Shown in pieces: positions 62,240 to 64,000 of a stretch of DNA of 64,000 nucleotides. Below the pieces are notes generated by a model. The model did not search any database. It was not told the DNA's origin and saw only the letters and a list, made by a program, of their open reading frames with translations. The first letter of the stretch is position 1. Each line of letters starts with the position of its first letter. A program made the position numbers and the translations under genes. The stretch is from positions 186,001-250,000 of the forward strand of contig JAXLNO010005073.1 in assembly GCA_038087875.1 (NCBI GenBank). The letters are read 5' to 3'. This DNA is from Malacoraja senta (taxonomy: Eukaryota).

Positions 62240-63829
62240 ACTGCTCCCATCCACAGCCCAGGACCACTGCTCCCATCCACAGCCCAGGACCACTGCTCCC
62301 ATCCACAGCCCAGGACCACACCTCCCATCCACAGCCCAGGACCACTGCTCCCATCCACAGCCCAGGACCACTGCTCCCATCCACAGCCCAGGACCACTGC
62401 TCCCATCCACAACCCAGGACCACTGCTCCCATCCACAGCCCAGGATCACTGCTCCCATCCACAGCCCAGGACCACTGCTCCCATCCACAGCCCAGGACCA
62501 CTGCTCCCATCCACAGCCCAGGACCACTGCTCCCATCCACAGCCCAGGAGCACTGCTCCCACCCACAGCCCAGGACCACTGCTCCCATCCACAGCCCAGG
62601 ACCACTGCTCCCATCCACAGCCCAGGTCCACTGCTCCCATCCACAGCCCAGGACCACTGCTCCCATCCACAGCCCAGGACCACTGCTCCCATCCACAACC
62701 CAGGACCACTGCTCCCATCCACAGCCCAGGATCACTGCTCCCATCCACAGCCCAGGACCACTGCTCCCATCCACAGCCCAGGACCACTGCTCCCATCCAC
62801 AGCCCAGGACCACTGCTCCCATCCACAGCCCAGGAGCACTGCTCCCACCCACAGCCCAGGACCACTGCTCCCATCCACAGCCCAGGACCACTGCTCCCAT
62901 CCACAGCCCAGGTCCACTGCTCCCATCCACAGCCCAGGACCACTGCTCCCATCCACAGCCCAGGACCACTGCTCCCATCCACAGCCCAGGACCACTGCTC
63001 CCATCCACAGCCCAGGACCACTGCTCCCATCCACAGCCCAGGACCACTGCTCCCATCCACAGCCCAGGACCACTGCTCCCATCCACAGCCCAGGACCACT
63101 GCTCCCATCCACAGCCCAGGACCACTGCTCCCATCCACAGCCCAGGACCACTGCTCCCATCCACAGCCCAGGACCACTGCTCTCATCCACAGCCCAGGAC
63201 CACTGCTCCCATCCACAGCCCAGGACCACTGCTCCCATCCACAGCCCAGGACCACTGCTCCCAACCACAGCCCAGGACCACTGCTCCCATCCACAGCCCA
63301 GGACCACTGCTCCCATCCACAGCCCATGACCACTGCTCCCATCCACAGCCCAGGACCACTGCTCCCATCCACAGCCCAGGACCACTGCTCCCATCCAGAG
63401 CCCAGGACCACTGCTCCCATCCACAGCCCAGGACCACTGCTCCCATCCACAGCCCAGGACCACTGCTCCCATCCACAGCCCAGGACCACTGCTCCCATCC
63501 ACAGCCCAGGACCACTGCTCCCATCCACAGCCCAGGACCACTGCTCCCATCCACAGCCTAGGACCACTGCTCCCATCCACAGCCCAGGACCACTGCTCCC
63601 ATCCACAGCCCAGGACCACTGCTCCCATCCACAGCCCAGGACCACTGCTTCCATCCACAGCCCAGGACCACTGCTCCCATCCATAGCCCAGGACCACTGC
63701 TCCCATCCACAGCCCAGGACCACTGCTCCCATCCACAGCCCAGGACCACTGCTCCTCACGACAGCCCAGGACCACTGCTCCCATCCACAGCCCATGACCA
63801 CTGCTCCCATCCACAGCCCAGGACCACTG
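62240..63829. repeat. 26-bp minisatellite, about 61 copies, paralog of 3620-4503
   Basis: Same unit, same flanks, same CACACCTCC variant unit near the left end. Confidence 0.97.
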
Positions 63830-64000
63830 CACTCAGACACTCCCACAACTCCCCCTTTTATACACAGCAGCTGACAATTTTCTAATCAGCTTCAAACAAG
63901 CTGATTACCACATTAACCCTTCGCCCACCAGTGGTCAATCAATGTTTGTTGCACACATCATGATATCCACCTGGGGCAGTAGTTGTCTGCAGGACAATAA

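Overview
Eukaryotic, repeat-rich DNA, most likely from a cartilaginous fish. This is inferred from HE1-like V-SINEs, CR1 LINEs with an esterase ORF1, Rex1/Babar LINEs and Penelope-derived repeats. The one clear host gene is a + strand multi-exon immunoglobulin-superfamily receptor (about 21.3-40.4 kb). It has a probable non-coding exon 1, a leader exon, eight phase-1 Ig exons forming a duplicated V-C2-V-C2 cassette, a TM exon and candidate tail exons. It has CD4/LAG-3-like traits (WxC C2 domains, a Cys-less V domain) but twice the usual domain number, an in-frame stop in the third Ig exon, and a BEL retrotransposon in the best tail exon. Its promoter/first-exon module is tandemly multiplied and a broken paralogous leader lies at 13.1 kb. 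The window ends (1-4.7 kb and 52.4-64 kb) are paralogous blocks, which suggests a tandem segmental duplication. Other signals: a U_UUA_AAC -1 slippery site at the ORF1/ORF2 junction of a near-intact CR1, a CCA-tailed tRNA-Asp copy inside the BEL element, minimal hammerhead-ribozyme motifs in Penelope repeats, and a 4.7-kb CR1-derived minisatellite with higher-order structure. Repeat boundaries were placed by eye and are approximate. Exon boundaries were checked base by base. No database searches were run.
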